Shown in pieces: positions 11,232 to 23,576 of a stretch of 64,000 bases of DNA (the stretch's first letter is position 1; every line of letters begins with the position of its first letter). Source of the DNA: Heteronotia binoei (lineage: Eukaryota); the NCBI RefSeq assembly GCF_032191835.1, contig NC_083233.1, forward strand, positions 35,278,001 to 35,342,000, given 5' to 3'. The translations under genes and the position numbers were made by a program. The notes beneath the pieces were generated by a model that saw only the letters and a program-made list of their open reading frames with translations, had not been told where the DNA came from and made no database searches.

Positions 11232-14200
11232 GTAAGAGAGGCAGGGCTCGGAGGACAGCTCGCCCTAGCAAGGCCCAGCCGGGGCTGCTGCTGCTGGCTT
11301 GTCGGCAGAGGGAAGGATGGTGTGTAGGGTAGGCGACGGAGCACTCGCGGCCTATGGCGTGCTTGTTTTTTTGGCGGGAGGGGTTGGCTTTTCGCGGGGG
11401 GGGGGTCGAGCGCTGCACCTTGCTTACGGGCATATGGGGGGAGCGAGGCCTGCTCGTGGGGTGGGGCGAGGGTGGCTTTCCCGCTAGGGCAGGTATGGGG
11501 GGGTGGGGGGAGCAGTATGTCGGCTGCGTGAGGAAAGCTCAGTGTGGAAAAGCAGAGGCTGCTTTGTGGGGTGAGGAGGAAGGAAGGGGCATTCTGGAAG
11601 GCATGACTGGGAGGTGGGCAGAACTACGTGGATTGAGCCGAGGGAATCCGAGGCCTATACTTGCGTGGTGGTAGCGATGGGGTTGTTTGTGTGGGATAAC
11701 AATGCTGTTTCGCGCGGTGTGGGGGCGGGGAGAGAAGGGACGTTGGGGAAAGCACAGGGTGTGTCTTTATTGTGGGGTGTATGCGAAGTGTCTGTCTGTG
11801 GGGTTTGGATGAATTGTGTTTGGGTCAGAGGTGCCTGTATGGCATCTTGAAGGCAGAGAGAAAACCAAGCCAGGAGCCCAGTGGGACCTTAAAGGCTCAC
11901 AAAATTTAATTCTAGGGAGTCAGAATTCAAGGGGCTGGTTGAAGAGTCAGTAATGTGGAGGGCTCTAGGGGTGGGGAGGGAAGCAGAATGTTATGGAAAG
12001 GCGGAGTTGGTCAGAGGCCTCTGCTTGGGGCCAGGTAACTCTTGGGTGGGATGGAAGAGCAGATAAGGTGTAGGAAGCCTCTGGGGGCTTTCTGTGGGTC
12101 ACAATGAGTGGCCCAGTTCTATTTAATTCTGATATAACTAGTTAAAAGGTTTCAGACAGCAGGGCTGAGGGGAAAAAACTATTTTTGCCTGAGCCCATGA
12201 AAACCAACTGAGCCAGATGGCTCAACCATCAGATTCAATATGGCAGCTTCCTGTGGGTTGCAGGAAGCTGCCAGAAGCCTGCCTGTGCTGGTGAAGGGAT
12301 GAGTGAGCTTGGGATGGGAGTGGGGAGAAAGAAGAGTGTTTATGAAGACCATTACATGGCAATTCTAGGGCAAGCCAGTATGGTGCATGGACACAAAGTG
12401 TTGAACTTTGCATAGAAACTGGTTCAGATCTCTGTGCATCCATGAAGTGACCGTGGGTTCTCTCAGCTTCTGGCATAATGTTGATCAATGCTGCTGCTCC
12501 ATAAAAGTATATCTATTTATGCCAGTCTAACCTACTTCTTAGCTATTGTGATGGTAAAATAATAAAAACTCAGTACTATGCCCAAAGCTTGTTGGGAGAA
12601 CAGCAAAATATAGATATAATGTAATGATATCTTGAGAAGGGCCTGAATATGGGATGGTGGAAAACAAACAGTAGGATCTTCTTTTACCAGTGCATCTTTC
12701 CAAGATTAAAAGTGATGTAAAAACAGTATACCAGTTACATGTGCACATAAGATTAAAATCGCCCTGCACTTGCTTAACCTCAGCTGTTCAAAGTCAGCTT
12801 GGCTACATTTCTGGAGGATGTCTAGGCTTGGACTTTCACAAACTTCTTGTGCAAATGGGATTGCAATTGGCAGCAAAATAGTCATCATTTGTATTTGCTA
12901 AGAAGAGGCTGAGTGTTAGTTCCACCTTTCAGTGGTGACATGATGATGCAGTTTCTCTATGCACTTTTGGCAAAAATGGTTGCATCAGTTGCATCATCCT
13001 GTGCCAAAAATGGGGCAGTTACTCATATTACCCCGTGAACAGGATTGCTCCTGTCTCTGTCAATTACATTTTTAAAATTTCACCCTTCTCCCCAGGAACT
13101 CAGGGTTCTTCTCTCCCTTATTTTCCTTACAGCCTTCCCGTGAGATAGGTTAGATGGAAAGGGAGTTACTGGATCAAAGTCACTTATTGAGCATCATGAC
13201 AGGAAAGGTAACTGAATCCATATCTCTCAGATCCTGGTGACCTTGTCTAATATGCCAACCACTATATCACAGCTAAGGTACTGTGGTAAACCTTATCTGG
13301 GGCTTTTACCAGCTGCCCTCTTGTAGTCCATATCCCTGCCCTCTTGTAGTCCATATCCACTCTGTAAAGAGCAGCTTATACCATTTTGAGGCTTCATCAA
13401 AACTTCTGCTTTGATTAATTATTTACTTTTAGTCCAAATGTTGAGGCTTATCAAGCTAAATTTGACTGTGAGGATACAGTGATGAGCTTCATTGCTAAGT
13501 ATCTGGCAGCTTACTCAGAATTTAAGATCTTATGTAGATGTGCCCCGATGTAGTTTTTTAAGATGCAATGCTCTTTGCTTGAACTTGAGAGTATTCATTG
13601 TATTTGGTTGTTTATCAAGAAAGAAACTAACAAAGGAAAAGTAATTCTCCAACAGCCACACAACTCATGGATGCACATTTGGGATCAAGCTGTTTTGTAA
13701 GAGATGGAAGGAAACAGGTGACAGCTTTGCCTGCGGCTTCATTTTATTATTTACTTCAGTCTCCCTTGAGTTCTGCAATTTGGGCCACAAGGTCTCAGAA
13801 GGAAGCTTTCTAGAACTTGCCATCCATCTTCCTCTGTTAATACAGAGAAAAGGCAAAGCAGAGGAGTATTTTGTTATCTCTTTCCTTGTGCACAAAAATA
13901 CTGCCAAGAAACAATGTTCTGGGGAGAAACTGAAATATACAAATTGGAATATCATAAATTCCAATACAGAGCTTGAAGATGAAATTGGAAGACCAGGGAG
14001 GAGGGAAGCATACTAAAGCATGGAGGAACAAAATTCATGACTGATTCTGAAGAGCCAGAAAATGTCAAGACTCTTAACCCACTTTGGTTGTTTTTCAAAG
14101 TATGCTGTATCCAAAGGTGTGTAAATATATAATTTCTGTATATACTTTGAGGAATGGTGCTAAATTACAGGTTTATGTTAAGCGTAGACATTTTTTCCTG

Positions 14201-15177
14201 TACTTTATCTGTGAAATGAATTGAGCAAGAAATACAAGTGAGAGTCCTGAAATTTGGTTGTGGCCGAATTATATAACCATTTATATGCCACATTAATGAA
14301 CAGTAAACTTTTTGGAAAGACATTATGATTATGTAGCTCTGTTTATCCTTAGGAAACAAGCTTTTCAAAAGTAAAGACTTTTGATTTGTGCTTTTCATTT
14401 TTTCTGAAATATCTAAAATTGCTAATTTGATATAGCCAGTTTCAGAAAGTTCAACTTTTGGCATGGATTTTTATACAGGTTTTTTTTAGGTTGTACTAAC
14501 AGAATGTTCAGATACATTAATTAAATTGCTTTCGTAGCTGATGGAGTTTCAGTATGTATTATTTTGTTCTGCTATTGTTAAGAGGCCTTTAAAGCAGTTG
14601 TTGGGTAGTGTTCCATGGCATGCATAGTGATTTATCTGCCTGTGCTGTATTTTTCATCTGAAAATACATATTTGCTATTATTCACAGACACTGCTTGCTG
14701 TGAGTTTGGATTCAATTTCAGCCCCTCTTTGATTATTCAGTGAGAGATTCAATGGGTGTGTTTAGACAGTGTATAAGGAAGTTTTTTCCCCCAGCTCTCA
14801 TTTCAAGTGATAGTCATTTAAAAGACAGATGTACTATTTGAAGTTTACTTTAAGGTAATTTTAAGAGGTTCAAATCCTATTTATATGGCAATAAATCCCA
14901 TTGAAATAAGAGGAAATTACTTCCAAGTAAACATGGGCCCTGGCTTAGTTTGGAAATAACTGTACCTCACCTGTTAGAAGTCTTGAGAAATTCTGGAATG
15001 GACTTTTCCCCAGCCTGAAAGATAAATGGCAGCTGTGTTTATTGTCACCTTAGAACTGAATGCCATGTTTGTTGGGGGCAAGCAGCGATTCCTTGTAACC
15101 CTGTAGGATATAAGGAACTTTATTTGCTCTTTAGCATAACTTCCTTTTAATTGTTTTTCTAAAGGGCATTGGACGTC

Positions 15178-15945
15178 ATGACTGTCACTCTAGTATGTGA
15201 TCCTTCGGAAGCTATGGAGCTCTGTGCCTCTCAGCAACTCTATCTTAAGCCAATAGCAAAATTAACTATCAGTGTGGTGCTTCCAGAACACACCGGATCT
15301 ACCCGGGCATTCTCTAAATGGGAAGTGATGGACAAGCTGAAGAATATGATTTGTCCAGACCAGTTCATCAGTGTTAAGGTTTCAAAAAGAACAAAAGGTT
15401 TCATTCGGTTTGAGGGAGAGGCAGAAACCAAGCATTTGGTATGTAGCCTTAAGGAAAAGCTCCATGGCAAGATGATAAAACTGAATGGTTTTAAAGATGA
15501 CTTGCAAGTGGTTGCTACAGAGGCATCTCCTGATTTACCAACTCCTCAGGAGTCGGAAGCCATTTTGACTGATAGAGAAATGATGGAGGAAGATCTTGCT
15601 GAGCAAAGCAGTGATGTTCCCAATTGCATCCATTTGGAAGGATTGCCGTGCAAATGGTTTGCCCTAAGAGGCTCAGGTAGTGAAACACCAAACGAAGATA
15701 TCTTGAGAGCAGTGTTTGAAAGTTTTGGAAAGATCAAGAATGTAGATATTCCCATGCTTGATCCTTATAGGCAAGAAATGGTGGGAGGAAACATGACTAA
15801 TTTCATTTTTCGTGGCCTGCGAACATTTGAAGCTTATATCCAGTACCAGGAGTCCACAGCTTTTGCAAAAGCTATGGAGACACTTAAGGGAATGAAGCTG
15901 ATGTTTAAAGGGGATGATGGAAAAGCTCTGGCATGTAATATTAAG
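15178..15945 (+). CDS. AKAP17B: AKAP17B (A-kinase anchor protein 17B, SR-related splicing-factor family), first coding exon (256 codons)
   Basis: [33 protein letters not shown]...[12 protein letters not shown]...[19 protein letters not shown]...[19 protein letters not shown] are AKAP17 family motifs. The MTVT start and position between SLC25A43 and PGRMC1 indicate the B paralog. Donor AAG|gtaaga. Confidence 0.9.
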
Positions 15946-16247
15946 GTAAGAAGCATCATGCAGGTTCCAGTGTCTCTTACCACCTTAAAGGATAATAGAT
16001 TTATTGTAGCATATTTCATGGATTAGAGTACATGTTATTAGCTGCAAGTGGGTGTTGAAGTGGGTCTTACTCCATGAAACTTTGTACCTCAGTCTGGCAT
16101 GAGAATCTTCGTTGCTGTCACACTCTTCTAAGGATTTACTGAGTTTGGTCTTCCTTGCATGGAATGTCTGCTCCTGCGTATTGAAAGTTTGGTTGGTTAT
16201 TAGAAATTATTCTTGCATTATGCAGTCTCTTAAAATATACCTTAGCA

Positions 16248-16611
16248 CAGGGATGGCCAAACTTGCTTAAAATTAGAGCCACATAGAATAAACATCAGAT
16301 GTTTGAGAGCCGCAAGGCATGAACATCAAATGTTTGAGAGCCGCAAGGCATGAACATCAAATGTTTGAGAGCCACAAGTCATGAAAGAAGGAAGGGAGGG
16401 AGGGAGGGAGGAAGGAAGGAACAAATAGATGGGGGAGGGAGAGGTGGAAAGAAAGCAACTGAATTTTAAATGCATTTTCCAAGCCACTAGGTGGCTTCAC
16501 TTGGATAAGTGATTTAAAGAGAGAAATGTCTTTTCCAAGTTGGCTGACGGGTGGTGGGGGCTTTGAGAGCCACACAATATGTGTGAAAGAGCCACAGTTT
16601 GGCCACCCCTG
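16248..16611 (-). mobile_element. hAT MITE with perfect 8-bp TSD
   Basis: TIRs cagggatggccaaact / agtttggccacccctg; TSD ccttagca at 16240-16247 and 16612-16619; internal 31-bp unit repeated about 3 times. Confidence 0.88.
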
Positions 16612-17626
16612 CCTTAGCACATCTAATTACTATGCTTTCTGATATTATAGTCATGTTTAATTATGTGAATAATTTGCCTTTGTGTATTTTCTGTAAAATT
16701 ATTTATTTTTATGCTGTGATATCATTATACATGATCCTTTACAGAATTACATAGGGTAATGTAGACAGGCCCCCTGCTCCAGGGAATTTATAATCTAAGA
16801 TAGCTGGGAAATTATATTACAACTGACTTTAAAATAAAGGGTTTAAAAAAAAAGTTTGTAAAGTACAAATGACCCCACAAATTTCTTATGAATGCTACTT
16901 GAATAGATTTAATTTAATTTTTAAATTATTAATTAATGTTGTTTAGTTTCCTGGACAATCTTAAGAAGAGAGTTTCAGTCATATCAAATTACTAACCTAA
17001 AAAACTAATTTTTATGGGTTTTGCCTTCTTGAATTGTATTGGTATGTAAAAAAATATAGTTCTGAATGTTTAAGAGACATCTGAGCTAATGAAGACAAAT
17101 ACCCTAAGTAGTCACATTTAGAATGTAAAACTTAATAACAATTTTTAAGACATTGTCCATCTGTATTCTTTTCAACAAGTCTTGCAGTGGAACCTATCAG
17201 TTGCATTTTTAACTTGTTCCTTCCTCCTCCCAGTAAAAAGTGATTTGCAGTTTGGTAAATGGATCAACTGAAGTTGAAATAGGTGGAGATTCTTGGGCTG
17301 GAGCATGCTGCCAGTCATGGATATATCATTGCTGTTTCATGGTCACTGGCATTTGTTTCTCTTGAGACAAATAAAATTGACTTTATTGAAAACAGCTGGA
17401 TTTTAGTGTTTCAATAGAATTGTGTGGAAGAAGAGAATGAATTTGCCAGCAGTCAATTGTCTACATTGGGTTTCTTGGAAAGGTCTGTACTGGACATATG
17501 TGAGCCAAAATAGTTTGAAGGACAGAAGGATCTCTGTTTATAACTTTGAGACTGGATCTGTAGACTCTGAGTTTTATCTGAGACAGTGAACAATACTACA
17601 TTTTTGTTCTTCTTATTTTGAAACAG

Positions 17627-17757
17627 GTATCAGCTGATACTACCAATCATTTCAGTGAGAGTGCTATAAACCAGAGGAACCTGGAACGATTAACCCTGCA
17701 AGGGCTAGAGCGAGAAAGAAAGAGGGAGGAAAACAGAGGTAAAAGAGGTACTGAAAG
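17627..17757 (+). CDS. AKAP17B: AKAP17B coding exon 2 (131 nt)
   Basis: Acceptor ttttgaaacag; encodes VSADTTNHFSESAINQRNLERLTLQGLERERKREENRGKRGTE(R); donor AAG|gtgagg (phase 2). Confidence 0.85.
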
Positions 17758-18244
17758 GTGAGGAACTTGACTTCTTCAAAGTTGACTGAAAGAAGAAAAA
17801 ATTGCCCAGGGTGCATGAGTGCCATATAGAAAAACAAAATAAAATAAAATTATGTTCAAATGCTGTACCAAGACAGGATAAATTGAATAAATGTGCATAA
17901 TTTCCCTGTTTTTGCCACTCTGCATAATTTGCGTTGCGTTTACGAGTCATTGGGAGTGGTTGCAAGCTCTGCCAGGCATTGCAGCCTTGCCTCCAACTAC
18001 TGAACTCTCATTTAGCCAACTTGCTGGTTTCTGAGATTCTGGCAGATTTGCCTACAGAATGTATACTTGGACAGCCATAAGGAAGCTTATTACTGCTTTT
18101 TTAAAAAATGAAAGCTGTCCTGCACTCAGAATCAAATTCTGTTTGGTTTGGATGTATTGTTAACTAAGGTTGTTATCTAAGACTGCTTTTTACTTGTCTA
18201 GCCAATCAAAACATTTTGTTTGTGAGCCCTGACCTGGAAGCGCA

Positions 18245-18325
18245 GGCAAGCCCGATGTCATCATATCTCAGAAGCTAAGCAGGGTCAACTGTGGTTAGTA
18301 TTTGGATGGGAGACTTCCTTGAAAT
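18245..18325 (+). mobile_element. 5S rRNA-derived SINE3-like fragment (not a functional 5S gene)
   Basis: gcccgatgtcatcatatctcagaagctaagcagggtcaactgtggttagtatttggatgggagac resembles the 5S internal control region but is diverged and lacks the 5S termini. Confidence 0.7.
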
Positions 18326-18356
18326 ACCCAGTTGAGAGGACAGGGGCAGGCTTTAG

Positions 18357-18633
18357 GAGCCAGTTTGGTGTAATGGTTAAGTGTGTGGACTCTTATCTGG
18401 GAGAACCGGGTTTGATTCCCCACTCCTCCACTTGCACCTGCTGGATTGGCCTTGGGTCAGCGATAGCTCTGGCAGAGGTTGTCCTTGAAAGGGCAGCTGC
18501 TGTGAGAGCTCTCTCAGCCTCACCCACCTCACAGGGTGTCTGTTGTGGGGGGAGACGATATGGGAGATTGTAAGCTGCTCTGAGTCTCTGATTCAGAGAG
18601 AAGGGCGGGGTATAAATCTGCAATTCTTCTTCT
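18357..18633 (+). mobile_element. Full-length tRNA-derived squamate SINE
   Basis: A box tggtgtaatgg, B-box-like ggtttgattcc, conserved body and a (ttc)n tail. Confidence 0.82.
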
Positions 18634-20613
18634 TTATTCAGCCACCTCTCTAAATATCCTCCAGGACCCCAGTAGGGATCAGTCATCAGAGGTCAACATG
18701 ATTTCCAGGTGCAGACACACACACACAAAATATACAAAATACCAAAAAGCCCCCACTTTTTTATGAGATAATGGCAGCGTGGCTTCAAATTCTGCCTTAA
18801 TTCCATCCTGACTCTGACCTAAACAATAATACAATGAGGTCATTGTTAAACTTTCAATTGTTTTCTGTGTAAGTTTCTGAATAATACAGCAGTGCTAAAT
18901 TTTGTCAATAACCTTTGCTTAATCATTAACCAACGAAAGGTTGCCTATGATGAAAGTGCAATATATCTTTTATTTCTAATCTCTGACAAAGCAATCAGTT
19001 GTAAATATGGAAATAAGATGAGGATGAATGGCAAGAAAGTAGTTATTTAGTATCTTTTTTGCAGTTCACTTTGTTTTTTGTTGCTGCAATTTGGTAAGAC
19101 AGTGTTACATTTGCCTTAAAACAAAATTAATTTCTGAGAAAGTACATGTTGTAGTTTGGGTTCCAGTGTTGGTTGCTGAGCCAAATGTAAATGTGTGTCC
19201 CTAATTGTTTTTTCAACCTTCTTTAGTTCTCAAGAGAGCTTCTTCAGTGCCAGAGTACACCTGAGCACCAAGTACACCTGAGCCAATGTTTTAGTTCCAT
19301 AGGGAGGTCTAGGCTCCACCTACTCTGTTATATTTGAAACAAAAGTTATTATGCTAAGGATAGACATTGTAACTGGATTTTTTAAAAAATCTTTCAAGGT
19401 ATTTAGCTCCTGCAAGATTTCTCCCCCTCTAAAAATAATAAAATAAAGAACACTATAGCTGTGGGATTTCCAAGCATCTACTTAAAGGGGGGTTGCATAC
19501 TCTACCTCCTAGAAAATAAATAGGAATACAGTTTATATTCCTCAGGATTGTTCTGTTTCTATAGAAACCTTACTATGGGCAAAATTCCTGTTGCAGTGTT
19601 TCTAGACTTTTTATAGCTGAAGCATGCTTCCGCCCCCCTTAAAACTAATGTTCTCCAGAAGATTTACTTTTAGTGTGTGTGTGCAATTACTTAATTTCAG
19701 AAAATCTCTCTTCTCTGCACTAATCTCTGATTGGAAGGCAACTATCATAGAGCAGTAACTTGTGGGGAAATGCATCTGACAGCCTGCTTTGTGAGCTGAG
19801 TGTCAGAATGATTAAATTGTACCCAATGCAGAGAATTATCCACTCCCAGCAGAAGCTGCTGGATAAAGCAGGAAGCCACCTCTGGTTGGTTACTATGAAT
19901 TAGATTACTATGACACACTAGTACTTTTCACAGCATCCTAGAATACCTCGGCTCCTCAGTTTCTGTGTTACTGGCCTATTTAATAGGAAATTATCACATT
20001 TATTCCTTGTTTTTCTTCAGATATGCTGAGAGCTGCTTACATATGGTCCCCAGGAGATCCCCCTTCCAGGCAGTTTTCAAGGCCAAACCTGCTTACAACT
20101 GCAGACCGTTCTCTGAGTCAGTACTAAAATGTGGGAGATTTGAATGTTGGATGGCAGTTAGGACACCACATAACTGTGAAATCAAAGTGAAACAAATGAG
20201 TCAGTAGGTCGTCTGGGAAAAGAAGAGTTAAATTCTGTATTCATTCAGTGCAGTCTACCCACAGATGTGTTCGTCCCATTAATAGAACTGGGAGTTAACA
20301 TACATGTAATTATGAGATAGTTGCTGCTGCAGTGCATGACTTTAGATTTTAATATTGTGAAAGTTTTAGAAACATAAGACATTTCAGGATCTCATAAAAT
20401 ATTTTCGATTGCCCTGAAAATATATGATGTTTTGGTTTGAAACAGACATTTCTAGGAACTGCTAGCCTCTTGTTTGTAACCACAAATAGATTCTGAGAGT
20501 GAACGTACTTAATATTAATACCTTTAAAGAAAATCATCCCTCCTACCCTCCAAGGGTTAAAACTATCTGAAATGATTTTTCATCTAAATTGTCCCATATT
20601 AATAATTGCCTAG

Positions 20614-20857
20614 AAAAAGACGTGATGATGGTGATGAAAAAAAAGTTGGAGAAGGAAAGAGGAAGTCTAAGATCAAGAGACGAGAAAAAAGACAGATAGA
20701 TCGGGATGAAAAACGCCCAAGAAAGCAACAGAAGGTAACAGCTGAAGAAGAGCTGTGGCCAGAGAATATGCCTGAATGGGAAGAGAGGAAATACCTCCTA
20801 GCTCAGAGAAGAGTGGAGTCAATCAGGCTGCTTACAGTGCTGTTAAACCAAATAAAA
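20614..20857 (+). CDS. AKAP17B: AKAP17B coding exon 3 (244 nt)
   Basis: Acceptor ttgcctag; encodes KRRDDGDEKK...WEERKYLLAQRRVESIRLLTVLLNQIK (RII-binding-like amphipathic helix region); donor AAA|gtaaga (phase 0). Confidence 0.9.
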
Positions 20858-21947
20858 GTAAGAATATTTTTAAAAATATTCTAAGTTCTAAACATTTTTG
20901 TCATGGACAATTATATAGGCACATATAAGAAGAGACTTTATCCATGTCCAGGGCACCTCATTTTGATGGGCCAGTCTATGCCTGCTGTGAGTTTGGGGTG
21001 GGATCACATGTTCAAGAGGCAAATAGAACATTGCTAGTGAGTCCTTGGCAAGATCAAGGGCTTTTGATTAATCGCTCTAGTTCTGGTTCACACCCTGTGA
21101 TAAGTGATTATAGAAACTCTGGTAGAATTTTTTCTTCTGATCATTGGAGTTCCCATTACCATAGGGGACTCAGTAACCCACATTAGGATTCAATATGTCA
21201 GGATAATAATCCATAGCCATTGAAACTTGATGTTGAAATGTGTAATTTTTATGTGCAATAGAAGCTACAAAACCACAGCCCTTGAAAGGCAAGCCAAGTT
21301 ACTTGATGTGATTTCGTGATCTTTTAAATACTGTTCCTTTAGAGTGAACTGGCAGTAAAAATGCATTTCCTAACAGAGAAATTGGGCTACCAGTTGAGAA
21401 AGCAGCTCCCAAAAGTTGTTCTGCCATGGAGGAAGGTTCTGTTTCTTGCCTCAGGATATGTGTACTGGGACCAGGAGACATTGACCCATGGGGCACAACC
21501 CACTCGGAAGCTTTCCTGTGCAAGCCTGTTTTGGGAGAGACAGGAAGGAATGGAGGGACCAGGAGTTGTGCATGAGCACAGCTGTGCTTTTACACAACTC
21601 CATTTGACTGTTTTCTTCCAAATGGATACTGCTCTGTTAATTGCCCAATTAACAGGTTTCATTTGGATTGTCTCCCTCTAGCACCAGAAGATCTTGAGGC
21701 TAACCTCAAATTCCATGGAACTTAAGAACATAAGAGCCATGCTGGATCAAACAAAAGACCCATTATGTGTGAGCAGCATTGTGTTCACACAGTGGCCAAC
21801 CAGGTACCTCTAGGAAAACCACAAACAGGAAGACTGCAACAGCATTATAAACTTTGCTTATAGTTAGGCTTCTCTCAGTTGTTTACTTTCTGCTGGTATT
21901 GCTTGTTCAGTTTGTTGTAATTCTGTGTCTCTAATTTTATTTTGAAG

Positions 21948-23576
21948 GATTTTGTGCTATCATCCAGGCAACTAAGGGAGCCTCTATTGGAAAGTGAAAA
22001 TGAAAGGGAAGATTGCTTTCCTTCACCTAAGATACAAAATGTGCTAAAAGAGACATCCAACTCTAGTAGTCTTGGATGCAAAGAAGCAAAGGATGAGAGA
22101 GACCCCCCTCATCAGTTAGGCCGGTTGGATAACGCCTATATTGAGGAGGAGGAGGAACAATATGTTTCATTTGGCTTGCCTAGATCACCTTGTCACCTTG
22201 TGAGAACTGTTTTGAATGAGCCAGCTGCAAGACCAGTTAGTAGACACATAACGGACAAGGCTACAGACTGCTATCAGGACAGTGGCTTGTTGCAAGTTAC
22301 AGTCACTCAAGATTGCAAAGTCAAAAAATCTCCTGCCAGGGAGTACTGCCGAAGCCTGGACTTGGGGTGCTCCTCCAGAGTCTCTAGTGCAGGAAACTGC
22401 AAGAAGCAAAAGGTTTATGAAACAGAGGAATTCATACACTATTTACTAAACTACTACCAAACCCCAAGATATGCACGAATCTGTCCGGTGACACAAAACA
22501 CAGGAACTGAGTCCTGGTGGCAGAGGGTGGTGTCCCATAATGGGAATAACTTTCAGGTCAGCCTGAAAAACAAAGATGGACAGTGTCTTACAGATGTGAG
22601 TTTTATACCAAACTTCGATGAGAGGGACTTTCGAGGCACTGATAGTTACGTGTGGGAAGTGGTAGATGAGGAACCTGAGCCAAAAGAGGTTGTGCCCAAA
22701 AGTCAGACCTGTACTAGAGAGTTCACTGGTCAATGTCTGGTGTGGTGTAGGGATTCACTGGATGAAGTCAGTCATAGACTTCCAGGTGATAAGCTGAATA
22801 GTCCTTTTCTAGTAAGCACCAGTACTAATTGTGATAACAGATCCCAAGAAGAGACTATGGGAATGAAAGTTTTACCACCACCGATCAAGTCATTTGGCCA
22901 CGTTTATAAATTGAAGGATTTATTGGAAGAGATCAGCAGTGATTCTGAATATTTTAGTGATGCATTTGATGAGTCACAAACCAAAATGGAAAGAAGGAAT
23001 GGGGGTTGCAGAAATAGTTGCAAGGCTTGGCCTCTCAGCCAGGAAAGAGCAAGAGAATTGCTGATTTGTGTCCAAAATGGTGATTGCAGCAAACGCAGTT
23101 TTTGTACAAACTCTGAGTGCTTTGACTTGGCGAAGCATCCCAAGCAAAGGCTTAAGACAGCATTCAAGAGATCTAGCAGCAAGTTAAGACATGAAGGGCA
23201 AAAATTCAAGTGCTCATCCAGTGAAGAGGAGCAAGCTAGCAGGAAGAAGAGGAGAAAGAAGAAAAAGTCCTCTGATAACTGTTTGCGTGACAATGAGCCA
23301 CAATTTCTTGAAGCAAACCATTGCGGAGAGCTGGAGTCCCTCAGCAAGATACAGAGAAAATGTAGCAAGATTCTACACCACAAAATGAAATGTAAAACAC
23401 TCCATGCCATGGCAGAAGAAGTAAAAGCAAGAGATGTCATTCATTTGAGTGACTCTCAGCTTCAGGAACCCCACCAGCAGGCAGGTAAGGGGAAAGCAGA
23501 CACCAGTGTGATGGGTGAGAGATGGCGTGAAACTGAGGGGCAGCTGAGAGTTTGCAAAGTAAGAGTGAAAAGGTAA
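21948..23576 (+). CDS. AKAP17B: AKAP17B terminal coding exon (542 aa plus stop; total protein 923 aa)
   Basis: Acceptor ttttattttgaag in phase 0; uninterrupted 1.6-kb ORF containing VYETEEFIHYLLNYYQTPRYARIC and a basic RKKRRKKKK cluster. The exact C-terminus may vary by splicing (see findings). Confidence 0.8.
   Translation, partial: DFVLSSRQLREPLLESENEREDCFPSPKIQNVLKETSNSSSLGCKEAKDERDPPHQLGRLDNAYIEEEEEQYVSFGLPRSPCHLVRTVLNEPAARPVSRHITDKATDCYQDSGLLQVTVTQDCKVKKSPAREYCRSLDLGCSSRVSSAGNCKKQKVYETEEFIHYLLNYYQTPRYARICPVTQNTGTESWWQRVVSHNGNNFQVSLKNKDGQCLTDVSFIPNFDERDFRGTDSYVWEVVDEEPEPKEVVPKSQTCTREFTGQCLVWCRDSLDEVSHRLPGDKLNSPFLVSTSTNCDNRSQEETMGMKVLPPPIKSFGHVYKLKDLLEEISSDSEYFSDAFDESQTKMERRNGGCRNSCKAWPLSQERARELLICVQNGDCSKRSFCTNSECFDLAKHPKQRLKTAFKRSSSKLRHEGQKFKCSSSEEEQASRKKRRKKKKSSDNCLRDNEPQFLEANHCGELESLSKIQRKCSKILHHKMKCKTLHAMAEEVKARDVIHLSDSQLQEPHQQAGKGKADTSVMGERWRETEGQLRVCKVRVKR

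Noticed and set aside
14688-14699. 12-nt microexon-like signal (ttcacag...gtgagt) in AKAP17B intron 1
   Set aside because: It would lie in the 5' UTR, such short AG/GT pairs arise by chance, and nothing else supports it.
18245-18325. Possible 5S rRNA gene (also 59940-60000)
   Set aside because: Diverged, lacking proper termini and fused to repeat bodies; better explained as SINE3 heads.
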